Positions 27,962-37,978 of a DNA stretch of 64,000 bases are shown in pieces. Every line of letters begins with the position of its first letter. Position 1 is the first letter of the stretch. The notes beneath the pieces are model-generated. The model was given only the letters and a program-made list of their open reading frames with translations. It had not been told where the DNA came from and made no database searches. The DNA comes from an uncultured bacterium (GTDB lineage Bacteria; Babelota; Babeliae; Babelales; Babelaceae), in assembly GCA_963713855.1 (NCBI GenBank), contig OY970209.1:896001-960000 (forward strand). Direction: 5' to 3'. A program made the position numbers and the translations under genes.

Positions 27962-30601
27962 TCACGTTTTTGCTTTGCAACGCTTTACCTTGATTTTGTT
28001 TGAGGTTGCTGAGTTATGGTGGCTATCAGTTACTGTGACAGTAAGTGAAGTAGTTTTTGCCGTGCAAAATTGCCGCCTAATTTTTCTTGAGTGAATTTTG
28101 AAGGTTTTTCCATCAGACCAAGAAAGTCTAAAAGGTGGAGTTCCTGCTTTGATGGTTCCAAAGATCGTCACACACTCATCAGGGCAAGGACACTTTTTAA
28201 CGGGGTCAAGGTGCACGGCGATAGGCTTTACGGTGATAGTGACTGGGTTAGAAGTAGATTTACAACCGTCGGCATTTTCGTCAGTAACTGTAAAAGTGGT
28301 AGTTACTTTAGGTCTTACCTTGTGCTTGAAAGGAGATGTGACGTTTTCATTAACTGTTCCATCAGACCAAAAGAGAGTTCTTGTACCTTCAAAAAAAGCT
28401 GTCAGCGTGGCAGATTGACCAACAATAATAGTATTTTTATTGGTGACCAGCTCAATAGGTCCAACATGGGAGACGGTGACGGTGATAGGATCGGATGTAA
28501 TTGTACATCCAGATGCATCAGTCAGTATTGCAAGATAATTTGCTGTAAAATCTGGAGTTACTGTTAACGTTATTGGCGAAGTAGCGCTTGTGACTGTTCC
28601 TATGGTTGTCAGATCTTGCTTAAATACCACCGTAAAGGGAGCATCTCCTGTAACAGCAGCACTCAACGTTACTGATTGACCAGCGCAAATAAGCGGGTGA
28701 TTGGCAGAAAGCGTTATACTTGGTGTGTCAACCGTTACAGTCACTTGATTTGACGGTGTAAATATTGAACAGGTGGGACTGGATGAATCAACCAACGAAG
28801 TAACTTGAAAGTTAGCGCTTGTAGTTGGTGTGACCATAAATGTTAATGGAGAATTACCAGTAGCAACCGTACCATCGTTTAGGGTAGCTGTATAAGGAGG
28901 TGTTCCTCCGTTGACAGTGGCAATTAGTGTTGCTGGCTTGCCTGTACAAATAGTTTGAGTGAGGGGAGCAAGTGTAACGGTTATTTCAGGGACAACCTGG
29001 ACTGTGGAACTACCAGTACAATGTGTCGTTAAATCCTCTGCAGTTGCGGTATACGTTCCGGGAACTGATACTGACCGTGTAGACGTAGATCCAACAGGAT
29101 TCTGGGTCAGATCTGGCCACGTCAATTTAAACGTTGTGCCAATACCGCCTGAAATAGTCGTCGTGAGTATCTTTGGTTGTCCCGGACACAAGGTTTCGGG
29201 AGATGGTGTGATGGATACTATGAGATCCTCAGATGAAACCTTGAAGTTTGGACTAAATGTGGAGGTGTCGCCAAGAGTTCCGCCTGCACCATTCGTATTT
29301 GTTGCCGTTCCACTTACAAATGTACCGAGAAATGATCCTGGAATGACAAGTTCTGTCGAAGATCCTGAACTTATACCATTTGTGGCTGCGATAAAGAATT
29401 GTCCTTCAGTGATTGGGGTTCTATCGGCCAAATTATCAAATACCTCAAGCCTGAATGTGCTCGCGACAGGTACTGCCGGAGCTGTGATATCTAAAAAGAG
29501 GTTATTATCACTTATACACTGAAGGGCAGAGGTTATAGTAGGAAACCCTTGACCATGATTGCCACCGTTCTGAAAGGTGATACCATTTGATCCATTGTCA
29601 AAATCAGGATTTGTCAAAATGGAATTAAGTTCAGCGCCGTTTACGGTAACTCCGCTTCCACCATTAAATGCTATGAAATTCGCTTGCCCTGAACTTGTTC
29701 CTCCGATCAACATATTAGTTGCTTGACCGGAAGGCGTGGCATTTACCTGTATCCCGTCAGAGCCATTTCCTAAAACTAAAGTATTAGTGGCATCACTTCC
29801 AATATGGTTTCCTTGTATCACAATGCCAGTTGGTGACGTGTTCGTAACAGTGAACAGAATGCCTTGAGTAGTATTAGCTGAAATAACGTTGTTGAGAATC
29901 GACAAATTCGACACAATGCTGGTAGTGGATATTACAACAGCAATGCCAACATTATTAGGTATCGCCGCGTTGTCTGCAGCATTTACCCCAATGAGATTGT
30001 TTTGTATTACGGTGTTGGTTATTGGTGAGAGGAATAAATCATTAATCCCTATAGCGTCGGTTGTAGCTCCTGAAAGTAGATTATTTTCTATTATAGCGCC
30101 GCTTCCGCCTGCGATCAAAATGCAACTGTTTACAGGTGAAGCTGCTGTACCAGTCGCATTTGTACCAATAAAACAGTTTTTTATCGTATTATTACTACCT
30201 AAGCCGACGATTGTTATACCAGGAGATGAAGGAATATTGTTGAAAGTTAGTGCATTAATGGTATTGCCAGACCCATCCATAGTTATTGCCGCATTGGCAC
30301 CTGTTACTTCAATAAGCGGCATTCCCGCATAACCGGGCTGTGAAGTACCATCAATAATAACGTTATCTTGCAAACCTTCAAAGGGATCTAATTGAGGCGT
30401 AATTGTTTGAACACCGGTTCCTGGGATATTAAATTTGATTGTTCCGCCTGCTACGTTTGCTGATGTTATAGCTGATCGCAGAGATCCTGCTATGGGAACG
30501 AAAGGTCCTGAATCAAGTGTATTAGTAACTACAAAAGTTTGAGGCGTTACAAAAGATGGAACCATACTTATTGATAAAACCAGACCTAAAAGCTTTTTCA
30601 T
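27962..30601 (-). CDS. Secreted parallel beta-helix plus Ig-like repeat surface protein (paralogue B)
   Basis: Same architecture as 24813-27878, with fewer beta-helix turns and one fewer Ig-like repeat. Confidence 0.8.
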   Translation of the reverse strand: MKKLLGLVLSISMVPSFVTPQTFVVTNTLDSGPFVPIAGSLRSAITSANVAGGTIKFNIPGTGVQTITPQLDPFEGLQDNVIIDGTSQPGYAGMPLIEVTGANAAITMDGSGNTINALTFNNIPSSPGITIVGLGSNNTIKNCFIGTNATGTAASPVNSCILIAGGSGAIIENNLLSGATTDAIGINDLFLSPITNTVIQNNLIGVNAADNAAIPNNVGIAVVISTTSIVSNLSILNNVISANTTQGILFTVTNTSPTGIVIQGNHIGSDATNTLVLGNGSDGIQVNATPSGQATNMLIGGTSSGQANFIAFNGGSGVTVNGAELNSILTNPDFDNGSNGITFQNGGNHGQGFPTITSALQCISDNNLFLDITAPAVPVASTFRLEVFDNLADRTPITEGQFFIAATNGISSGSSTELVIPGSFLGTFVSGTATNTNGAGGTLGDTSTFSPNFKVSSEDLIVSITPSPETLCPGQPKILTTTISGGIGTTFKLTWPDLTQNPVGSTSTRSVSVPGTYTATAEDLTTHCTGSSTVQVVPEITVTLAPLTQTICTGKPATLIATVNGGTPPYTATLNDGTVATGNSPLTFMVTPTTSANFQVTSLVDSSSPTCSIFTPSNQVTVTVDTPSITLSANHPLICAGQSVTLSAAVTGDAPFTVVFKQDLTTIGTVTSATSPITLTVTPDFTANYLAILTDASGCTITSDPITVTVSHVGPIELVTNKNTIIVGQSATLTAFFEGTRTLFWSDGTVNENVTSPFKHKVRPKVTTTFTVTDENADGCKSTSNPVTITVKPIAVHLDPVKKCPCPDECVTIFGTIKAGTPPFRLSWSDGKTFKIHSRKIRRQFCTAKTTSLTVTVTDSHHNSATSNKIKVKRCKAKT
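27972..28490. repeat. Near-identical copy 2 of the shared 3' cassette
   Basis: See 24820-25338. Confidence 0.9.
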
Positions 30602-30823
30602 CTACTCTCCAATTAAGTAACGCGATAAAGCTGTTAGAAGTTAGCCAAAATATGGGCAGAACGAAAAGATTATTTGGCGAAGCTTTACCTCATTAGGCAA
30701 TTTTCTTAGAATTCAGAAGGTATAAAAGATTCAAGCATGCACCTATCAAGAAGTCAAGATTCTAAGAAAAACTTTTCGCGTGTCACTTTCATGAGAGGGC
30801 TTTGTTCCATGTGATTCCGAAAG

Positions 30824-31003
30824 CTAGTTTTTGGATACACTCTTAGTCTTTTGAATCTGCCCGTACATCGATTTTATGTACTTTTCTTGAGATTTTAAAA
30901 GAGCCTCTTGTTTTATAAGCATCCTTTTAAGATCCCTCAAAACAAAACTCGTTATTGAAAATAATAGAAGAACGGTTGCTCCAAAAATTCTTTCTTGATT
31001 CAT
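30824..31003 (-). CDS. Small hypothetical single-TM protein
   Basis: AAGGA RBS before MNQERIFGATVLLLFSITSFVL; basic coiled-coil-like tail. Confidence 0.45.
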   Translation of the reverse strand: MNQERIFGATVLLLFSITSFVLRDLKRMLIKQEALLKSQEKYIKSMYGQIQKTKSVSKN

Positions 31004-31230
31004 AGTATTCCTTACTAAAGATGCAGGCGGAAAATAGCATACCATAAGTCCCGTTTATCGTGTATTTTCATTTAAGAGGCTTACTTGATACAAAGTCTGT
31101 TTTGGAGAAATTTTTCCGCGATCTTCTATGTTGCGTTGCCATACACAATAAGTATTGATTCTACGAGTAGATTTATGATATATTATTTTGTATATAAGTT
31201 ACTAATATAAATAAATAAAGAGGAAAAAGT

Positions 31231-31518
31231 ATGTATACACTAAAAGCTCTAACGTTACTCTTATTTTTGCTAGGCGCATTACCCATCGCCGCTGACGCTG
31301 CCAACAGGGTGTACAAACATGAGGGTAAAGAAAGAGGCTCTTCCTGGATATCGTATACCAAAGAGATGGACAACAATGACTTTGTTGAATGTAGATCGAG
31401 CCAAACAGAAGGCATTTCTTGCGCAACCTATCACCCAGAAGGGAGTCAAACTCCTGAGGATGTAAGCCTTTATACTGCTTTGCAGAATGAATATGAAAAG
31501 CAATCGAAGGGTCTCTAA
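31231..31518 (+). CDS. Small secreted hypothetical protein (2 Cys)
   Basis: GAGGA RBS; signal peptide ending ADA. Confidence 0.7.
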   Translation: MYTLKALTLLLFLLGALPIAADAANRVYKHEGKERGSSWISYTKEMDNNDFVECRSSQTEGISCATYHPEGSQTPEDVSLYTALQNEYEKQSKGL

Positions 31519-31559
31519 GTTAAAAACTCGTCCCACTTTAAACAAGTTCCGCTTGACTA

Positions 31560-31606
31560 AAGAACGAAAAAAGTGCGCAAATTTAGCTATTTTCGTTCTT
31601 TTTTTG
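31560..31606 (+). terminator. Probable intrinsic terminator
   Basis: AAGAACGAAAA...TTTTCGTTCTT stem followed by a T-run. Confidence 0.5.
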
Positions 31607-31821
31607 TGAACTTGTTGACTTTGGCAATAAGCTCTTGTTAAAAAAGGTAAGTCTTTGAATTTTGACTTTGAGCACTACCGTCGACACCTGTACTGGGAAA
31701 TGCTGTAGCACGCCAAAAAAATGCTTCCCAGTACTGCGTGTTTTTTCCTTTCTATTCGATCTAAATACTGTATACTATCTATATAAGCCTTATACAAAAG
31801 CTAAAAACAGCGACTACTATT

Positions 31822-34506
31822 ATGATATCCTGTCATGTACCAGCAATACTTGGCTTTCTTACAAACTTTAGTTTGTGTACGCTAAGTCTTTCTGTTTTTT
31901 TCTTCCACTGCTTTCTTGTAAGTCAGTTAAGAAAAACCGGCAAGCTTTTATCTTCGTTTACCCTTGTAGGCATATTTTCAAGCACTCTTGTCGTCGCGCG
32001 ATTATTGGGCTTCTTGGGATGGTCAGGACTGAATGCAAGTACGTACTATTTTCAGTATGAAGCTTATTGCATGTATACGGCATGGCTAGGAATATTGGTC
32101 CAGTACTTTTTTATAGTGCTCTTTTTTAAAAATCTCCTTGAAAGGCCTCAACTTGAAAGCGCGGTATCAACTATCCAGCGCATATTTATAGCTTTTTCGT
32201 TTGCTGCTTTTATTTCTGATCTGTTTAATAGTAACATGCGATTTTCGGTGTTTTTTTGTGCTCAAGCCTATGGGTTATTTGTCCTATTAGCTATGTTATA
32301 CGATATGCAGGACACGTTGCATACTGCCGCTTTACCCCGCATTTTAATAAAACAGGGCACTTTATTCATAAAGTCGGTATTTAAACCGTATTTTATCTGT
32401 GCCGTTAACGTATTATTGATAATCCTAGTCAAAGACTGGCAAGAAAGCATATATGTCTTGCAGGGACTAGTGCTTATCAGCGTGCCGGTATTGCTTATAG
32501 GTATTTTTTGGTTTTGTCATACTTTACTCAAACTGCGCTTTCTTAATAGAAGTGCAGACATTCGCCTTGCGAGCAATGCTTCTTATATAGACCTCTTTTC
32601 CCACGGTGTACAAGAGTTATTGAAAGCTAAAAGTATACCTCAACTTAAAAATAGTCTTATCGCACTTTTTAAAAAAGCTTTTGATATACCAAGTGAGCGC
32701 ATAGTAATTCACCTTTTTGCTTCGGAAAAAGAAGAAGAAATGAGCTATGAATACCAATTTGGCAAGGATGCTCTTGCTCCTTTTGTTTTAGAGTCACTAC
32801 GTGCTAATGATGTTATTCACTCAAAAGCGCCAAATAGCCTGGCGTCGCTTTTGGCCGACGTAAAGGTGCTCATAAGAGAAGACCTTGAATTTACTTCTTT
32901 TTATGAGCCGGACGGGCTGGAATGTGCGATCCACTTTTTAGATATGCTCGAAGCAGATATATTTATGCCACTCTATAGCCGTACTACTCTTTTTGGCTAT
33001 ATCCGTTTTGTTCGTGAGGCGCGGCCTGATAGAGTTTTTACCGGTACGGAAAAGCGCCTTATTATAGCCTGGGGTGCTTATTTAGATCACATTGTGCACC
33101 TCATACGATATGTAACTTTTGAAAAAGTAGTTTCACGTCAAAAAGAACTTATTGAGTATGCCTATGAACAATATCAACAGCTTGAGCACTATAGTGAAAG
33201 CTTCGAGCATCTTGATAAAGATAGTAGAGGTATGCGTGGGATGCTTATGTACAAAAATCGCCGCTTAATCGGCGATGAAAAAGCGACCGCTCTTTTAGGC
33301 GATGAAGTATTTAAAAACCCTATTCATCCAATTGCCAAACTGTTAAGGCAATGCGGTCAATCTGTTGAGCGGCTGAAAATGAGTCAACAAATAGCGCTAG
33401 CTGATGCACAGGGTAAAAAATTAATTGCTTATGGAGCGTATAGTGAGCACTTTGATGGAGTACTTTTTTTTGTTGGGTTTCCGGACGGACTAGAGTTTTT
33501 AAGCCAGACTTTTAAGCACACTCATCCCCTCGATCGGCCTTATGGTCTATACCTGCAAACAACAAAAGATGGCAGCTTACTAAATGATCTTCTACCACCT
33601 CAAAGTAAAACATTCTCTCTCTTTAAGGTTTCTTTTTTAAAATCTGCACTAAGCAAAAAAGTCATATTGCTCGATGTTCCGGCAAAGGATCTTCTTCCTT
33701 CTGTCGAAGTGATTCATACTATTAGTATGCGTTCTCAGTTGCATGTTTTACGCATGAAAGAGCACGAAAAGGAACAGGAAGTCGCTTCAACGTTGTTTGG
33801 CTTTCAGAACAAGCTCCAAGATGTCCCGCTGCTACAAAAGCTTAATGATGTAGGGACTCTTTTTATAGAAAATGTTCATCTTCTAGAGCTCAAAACACAA
33901 GAGCGCTTAGCAGAATTTATAAGCTGTGGTTTTTTCCGCCCTTTAAAAAGCGACGTAAAGATTGAAAGCAATGTACGCCTTATTGTTTCAAGCCCACATC
34001 ATTTACAGCTTTTAGCGCAAGAGGGACGATTTTCGCTGCCTCTTGCAAAAATGCTCAACGCTCATCGCTTATATTTTCCATGCGTGGCGCATGTGCCTAC
34101 TGATGAGCTTCATGAAGCTATTAAAGACTACGGTTATCAAATGCTTTATGAAAAGAACATCACGCAACCATTAAATGCGGATGCGGATGTCTGTGATTCT
34201 ATACTTGGGCTGTATCCAGTTAGTCTACAAGAATTAAAGAGTGCAATATACGATGCACTCTTTGTTAAAAAGCTTCCAAAATTAACGGTATCAGAAGACA
34301 AAGCAACGTATGAAGAAGTTGAGCGTGCGCTACGCCTTGGCAAAAACGCACTCAAAGATATGCGTGTTATGGCTATCTTATGGAAACGATTTGGTAGTTA
34401 TGCACACATTGCAACTTTGCTGGGTGTTCATCGGTCGTCCGTGCTCAAACGCTGCAGAGAGTATGGCCTTGTAAGTCAGGGTACTAGAAACCCAGATGCA
34501 CATTAA
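31822..34506 (+). CDS. Membrane-bound regulator: ~7 TM sensor, GAF-like region, degenerate sigma54-activator AAA+ domain, C-terminal HTH
   Basis: LFG, GTLFIENVHLL, SNVRLIVSS and EGRFS are remnants of NtrC-type AAA+; C-terminal AHIATLLGVHRSSVLKRCREYG HTH. Confidence 0.75.
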   Translation: MISCHVPAILGFLTNFSLCTLSLSVFFFHCFLVSQLRKTGKLLSSFTLVGIFSSTLVVARLLGFLGWSGLNASTYYFQYEAYCMYTAWLGILVQYFFIVLFFKNLLERPQLESAVSTIQRIFIAFSFAAFISDLFNSNMRFSVFFCAQAYGLFVLLAMLYDMQDTLHTAALPRILIKQGTLFIKSVFKPYFICAVNVLLIILVKDWQESIYVLQGLVLISVPVLLIGIFWFCHTLLKLRFLNRSADIRLASNASYIDLFSHGVQELLKAKSIPQLKNSLIALFKKAFDIPSERIVIHLFASEKEEEMSYEYQFGKDALAPFVLESLRANDVIHSKAPNSLASLLADVKVLIREDLEFTSFYEPDGLECAIHFLDMLEADIFMPLYSRTTLFGYIRFVREARPDRVFTGTEKRLIIAWGAYLDHIVHLIRYVTFEKVVSRQKELIEYAYEQYQQLEHYSESFEHLDKDSRGMRGMLMYKNRRLIGDEKATALLGDEVFKNPIHPIAKLLRQCGQSVERLKMSQQIALADAQGKKLIAYGAYSEHFDGVLFFVGFPDGLEFLSQTFKHTHPLDRPYGLYLQTTKDGSLLNDLLPPQSKTFSLFKVSFLKSALSKKVILLDVPAKDLLPSVEVIHTISMRSQLHVLRMKEHEKEQEVASTLFGFQNKLQDVPLLQKLNDVGTLFIENVHLLELKTQERLAEFISCGFFRPLKSDVKIESNVRLIVSSPHHLQLLAQEGRFSLPLAKMLNAHRLYFPCVAHVPTDELHEAIKDYGYQMLYEKNITQPLNADADVCDSILGLYPVSLQELKSAIYDALFVKKLPKLTVSEDKATYEEVERALRLGKNALKDMRVMAILWKRFGSYAHIATLLGVHRSSVLKRCREYGLVSQGTRNPDAH

Positions 34507-34530
34507 TGACGCCCTTATGAACTAAAACGG

Positions 34531-35571
34531 CTATAACTCTTCCCGCTGGCGTGACTTTTCATGATTTACTACGGTCGCAAGTAGGCTAACCATTTTCGCT
34601 TCCTGTTCTTTTTGCATTCGTTCAGCCCCAAGTAGCTTTACTGCAACAAATGCCATCTCAAACTCCACTACTGTTTTAATAAAAACCAGTAAGGCAAGGC
34701 CATGTCGTTGAGACATCAATCTGTCACGCAGTTCACTGGTTGTTTTACTCAATTCTTCATAGAGAGACATGAGGCTCTCACTCATTTCGGTTAGTTGAGA
34801 AAATTGTGTCCTTACCTCCTCAGGTAAAGTGGTTGTTTTACCTAATTTATGAAGAGATACAAGGCTTCGACTTATTTCGCTTATAGGGGAAACTTGTGTC
34901 TTTACCACAGGTAAAGTGGTGATATTGTACAAAAGAAAATCGGTCAAACGAGCGAACGCGCCATGTTTTTCGTTTTGATTTTCTGTGTATTCATTAAGCG
35001 ATTTGGTAAGGTTTTCGAGCTTAGTTTGCAGCTTTAAAACTTCTTCAGCGAGTGCAGGTAGTTTTTTGTAATTGTTTTCAGGCAAATGTGTGTCAAAACC
35101 GTCTAGCCATGTTTCAACGTCAGCCGTAAACTGAGCGGTTTCGCTTTCGACCGCTTTTTTAAAGACCTCATTGCAGTCAAATTCGTCGACGTCGTACTCC
35201 ATTTTAAATGAATCCTTGAAAAGCCCTAGCCACTCGAGAGCTTCTTGACAATTGAGCGTCTTTTCAATCGAATCTCGAGCGCGATCCCTGAGTTCACTGA
35301 CCTCGTCGATGAGGGAGTTACCCTTCGCATCCGCAGGATTATCAGTAGATTTATCCATTGACGCAACAACCTGCTTTATTAGATATTGAGCGTAACTCGC
35401 CATAGCGTCTTTGAATTCTTCGGAAAGCTGTTCACGCCTTTCCGGCGTGCATTGCTGTACTTGTTTGAGCAGGTTGTAACAGTGTCTTGCCGATCCGCAC
35501 TCAGGCTTTTGATCTTGAGCTTTTATACCGCTTATCACAAGCAGTAAAAGCAGAAAGCATTGTTTTTTCAT
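34531..35571 (-). CDS. Secreted hypothetical alpha-helical protein
   Basis: Signal peptide MKKQCFLLLLLVISGIKA; 346-aa ORF. Confidence 0.7.
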   Translation of the reverse strand: MKKQCFLLLLLVISGIKAQDQKPECGSARHCYNLLKQVQQCTPERREQLSEEFKDAMASYAQYLIKQVVASMDKSTDNPADAKGNSLIDEVSELRDRARDSIEKTLNCQEALEWLGLFKDSFKMEYDVDEFDCNEVFKKAVESETAQFTADVETWLDGFDTHLPENNYKKLPALAEEVLKLQTKLENLTKSLNEYTENQNEKHGAFARLTDFLLYNITTLPVVKTQVSPISEISRSLVSLHKLGKTTTLPEEVRTQFSQLTEMSESLMSLYEELSKTTSELRDRLMSQRHGLALLVFIKTVVEFEMAFVAVKLLGAERMQKEQEAKMVSLLATVVNHEKSRQREEL

Positions 35572-35825
35572 TGATTCCCCGCATTAATAACCGTACTAAA
35601 ATATATAAGATGAAGTTTAAAAAGTCAAACTAATTAAAAATTGTCTATTGAGAATCGTAATTTTATGTTATTCATTACAACTATTGTGAATCTAGCAAGT
35701 TTCGAATGGCAACCATCTCATAGTTCAACTTTAAACACCTTGTTTATTAAACGCTTCCATTTACTTGCAAGGCTGTTCTAACTTGTAGGAGAATTTTAAA
35801 TTATTACGACATGGAAAGGAATCAT

Positions 35826-36869
35826 ATGAAGTTTATTAGTATACGATTCTTGTTAATGGGATCTGCCATTTTAAGCTTTAGTTATGCCCTTGCACAACCC
35901 ACGTTAGACCCTGCAATTCAATCTTTCGTTGATTTTTTAGATGCCAAAGACGGTAAGCCTCTGTATCAGCTAACGCCGGTAAGTGCGAGAAAAGTATTAG
36001 ACGACCTACAAAATATACCGATCGCAAAAGAGGCAGCAGATATTGAAGACCGCACTATTCCCGTAGGCCCGCGTGGGAGTACAAAGATTCGGATAGTAAG
36101 GCCTCGGGGGAGTAAAAATGATTTGCCCGTGGTTATCTATTTGCACGGGGGCGGCTGGGTACTTGGAAATGCCAACACTCACGATCGCTTAATCCGTGAA
36201 ATTGCTAAGGGAACGCAAGCTGCTGTGGTATTTGTTGAATACACGCCAGCGCCCGAGGGTACCTATCCAACAGCACATGAGGAGGGCTACTCGGCAGCAA
36301 AATGGGTGGCCGAAAATGGTGCAAAGCTTAAATTAGATACCTCTCGTATTGCTATCGCAGGCGACAGTGTTGGGGGACAATTAGCAACTGCCATTGCGAT
36401 GATGGCAAATGAGCGAGGAGGACCAAGATTTATCTTCCAGGCTTTACTCTATCCTGTCACCGACGCAGATTTTAATACCGGTTCTTACAGGGCTTTTGCA
36501 AAAGGACCCTGGTTAACAAAACGAGCAATGGAATGGTTCTGGGATAATTATGTTCCAATAAAGGGTATGCGTAACGATCCTCTTTTATCTCCTTTACGAG
36601 CTCCTTTAAAGAAGCTTAAGGAGCTGCCACCAGCATTAGTGATCGTTGATGAAAATGACGTGTTACGTGACGAAGGTGAGGCCTATGCTCGTAAGCTTAT
36701 GAAGGCAGGGGTACCAGTGGTGTCAGCTCGTTATAATGGTTTAATGCACGATTTTGCGATGCTTAATATGATAACCGAAGCTCCAGGTGTGCGTGCGGCG
36801 ATTAAGCAGGTGAATTGTTTGCTTAAACAAGCATTTGAAGCCGCAAAGGACTCTGATAAATCGAAATGA
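35826..36869 (+). CDS. Alpha/beta hydrolase, HSL/family IV esterase-lipase (Aes-like), secreted
   Basis: HGGGW oxyanion motif, GDSVGG nucleophile, ENDVLRDEG acid, HDF His. Confidence 0.93.
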   Translation: MKFISIRFLLMGSAILSFSYALAQPTLDPAIQSFVDFLDAKDGKPLYQLTPVSARKVLDDLQNIPIAKEAADIEDRTIPVGPRGSTKIRIVRPRGSKNDLPVVIYLHGGGWVLGNANTHDRLIREIAKGTQAAVVFVEYTPAPEGTYPTAHEEGYSAAKWVAENGAKLKLDTSRIAIAGDSVGGQLATAIAMMANERGGPRFIFQALLYPVTDADFNTGSYRAFAKGPWLTKRAMEWFWDNYVPIKGMRNDPLLSPLRAPLKKLKELPPALVIVDENDVLRDEGEAYARKLMKAGVPVVSARYNGLMHDFAMLNMITEAPGVRAAIKQVNCLLKQAFEAAKDSDKSK

Positions 36870-36941
36870 CGCTTAATTGATCTTCGAATGTACCAATTAC
36901 TCAAGGATTGTCATCTTGAAACATGTTTGCCTGTTATTTAG

Positions 36942-36981
36942 CAAATAAATAAGTATACTTAAGAGTATACTTATTTATTTG
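36942..36981. promoter_or_regulatory. Perfect 18-bp inverted-repeat operator
   Basis: CAAATAAATAAGTATACT-taag-AGTATACTTATTTATTTG; each arm contains the palindrome AGTATACT; 8 nt before the next ATG. Confidence 0.75.
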
Positions 36982-36989
36982 GGAATCTG

Positions 36990-37238
36990 ATGGTTAAAAC
37001 AATTAGAGTTAGCACCATCACAGCTCAACGTTTAGATATACTTTCCAAAGTCCTTGGCCAGTCAAAACGATCTATTGTCGAAAAGGCTATCAATACCTTT
37101 ATTAGAGATCAATTTTATAAAAAAACCAATGAAGAATATGCTGCTTTGAAGAAAGATAAAAATAAATGGAAAGAGTTTGTACAAGAACAAAAGGAATGGG
37201 GATACGACCCTAGAGGATGGGTAAACTGTTACTTTTGA
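36990..37238 (+). CDS. Ribbon-helix-helix antitoxin-like protein, no adjacent toxin; probable +1 G frameshift near the C-terminus
   Basis: N-terminal beta-helix-helix pattern KTIRVS...LDILSK...IVEKAI; NEEYAALK..W; removing one G at 37198-37201 gives EWDTTLEDG*. Confidence 0.7.
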   Translation: MVKTIRVSTITAQRLDILSKVLGQSKRSIVEKAINTFIRDQFYKKTNEEYAALKKDKNKWKEFVQEQKEWGYDPRGWVNCYF

Positions 37239-37287
37239 TCGAGTGTAAGATACATAGCTATGTTAACAGATTATGATCGAGGGAAAT

Positions 37288-37815
37288 ATGTATAAAATAG
37301 CTTTCATGATGTTATTATTTTTTGTCGATAGTTATTGCTTGCCTTCCTATTATGATAAGTATCTTGACCGGCTTATGAAAGCCGAGAATGAAGATCTTCT
37401 TGCGGAAATGTCTGGAGAAATTGCTCCCGGAGTGAAAGAAGACAGACAAATCATGCGCCATATCAAGATCTTAAAAGATAGTATAAACGATTTTAAAAAA
37501 AGCATTGCTGTTGGCCTGTATGCCCTTCGAGTTTCAGGAGTTGCTAGCGTGAAATTAGGGCGCGAACAAGTAATCATGAATGATTTTATTGCTGATAGCC
37601 ATGATTTGCTTAAAGATTTTGCAGCTGCATCAAGCAAAATTGTAGAGGAAGTTTCATTGTTAGAAGCTAAAACGGTACTCGAGCGCAATGAATCATTTTA
37701 TATACTGGATATGGCGGAGCTGATGGTTGAAATAGAATCTGAGATAAGAAACTTAGCGGAAACTGTGCGCTCGATACTTAAACTTATCAATAAAGATCTG
37801 GGCAAAGAGTTATAG
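37288..37815 (+). CDS. Secreted hypothetical helical protein
   Basis: GAGGGA RBS, signal-like MYKIAFMMLLFFVDSYC. Confidence 0.65.
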   Translation: MYKIAFMMLLFFVDSYCLPSYYDKYLDRLMKAENEDLLAEMSGEIAPGVKEDRQIMRHIKILKDSINDFKKSIAVGLYALRVSGVASVKLGREQVIMNDFIADSHDLLKDFAAASSKIVEEVSLLEAKTVLERNESFYILDMAELMVEIESEIRNLAETVRSILKLINKDLGKEL

Positions 37816-37978
37816 TGAAAAATCCATTTTGATTCCTGCTCTATATATATTTTAAGATCATCAGACTCAGGTTTTAAGCTTACGCTCTCACGTCAATTAC
37901 AGTTGCTTGTATTCTTTTTTCTAAAACAGGGCTTTTGTGGTAGACTGGCACTATACCTTTTTCTAAATGGCGGCGTAG

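Noticed and set aside
24939..30332. Plus-strand ORFs (24939, 24946, 27016, 28091, 28098, 28959, 29889)
   Set aside because: Antisense shadows of the Thr/Val/Gly-rich beta-helix genes; they repeat only because the underlying genes do.
31620..31640. sigma54 -24/-12 promoter (TTGGCAAT...) near the degenerate enhancer-binding protein
   Set aside because: No GC at the required distance from the GG.
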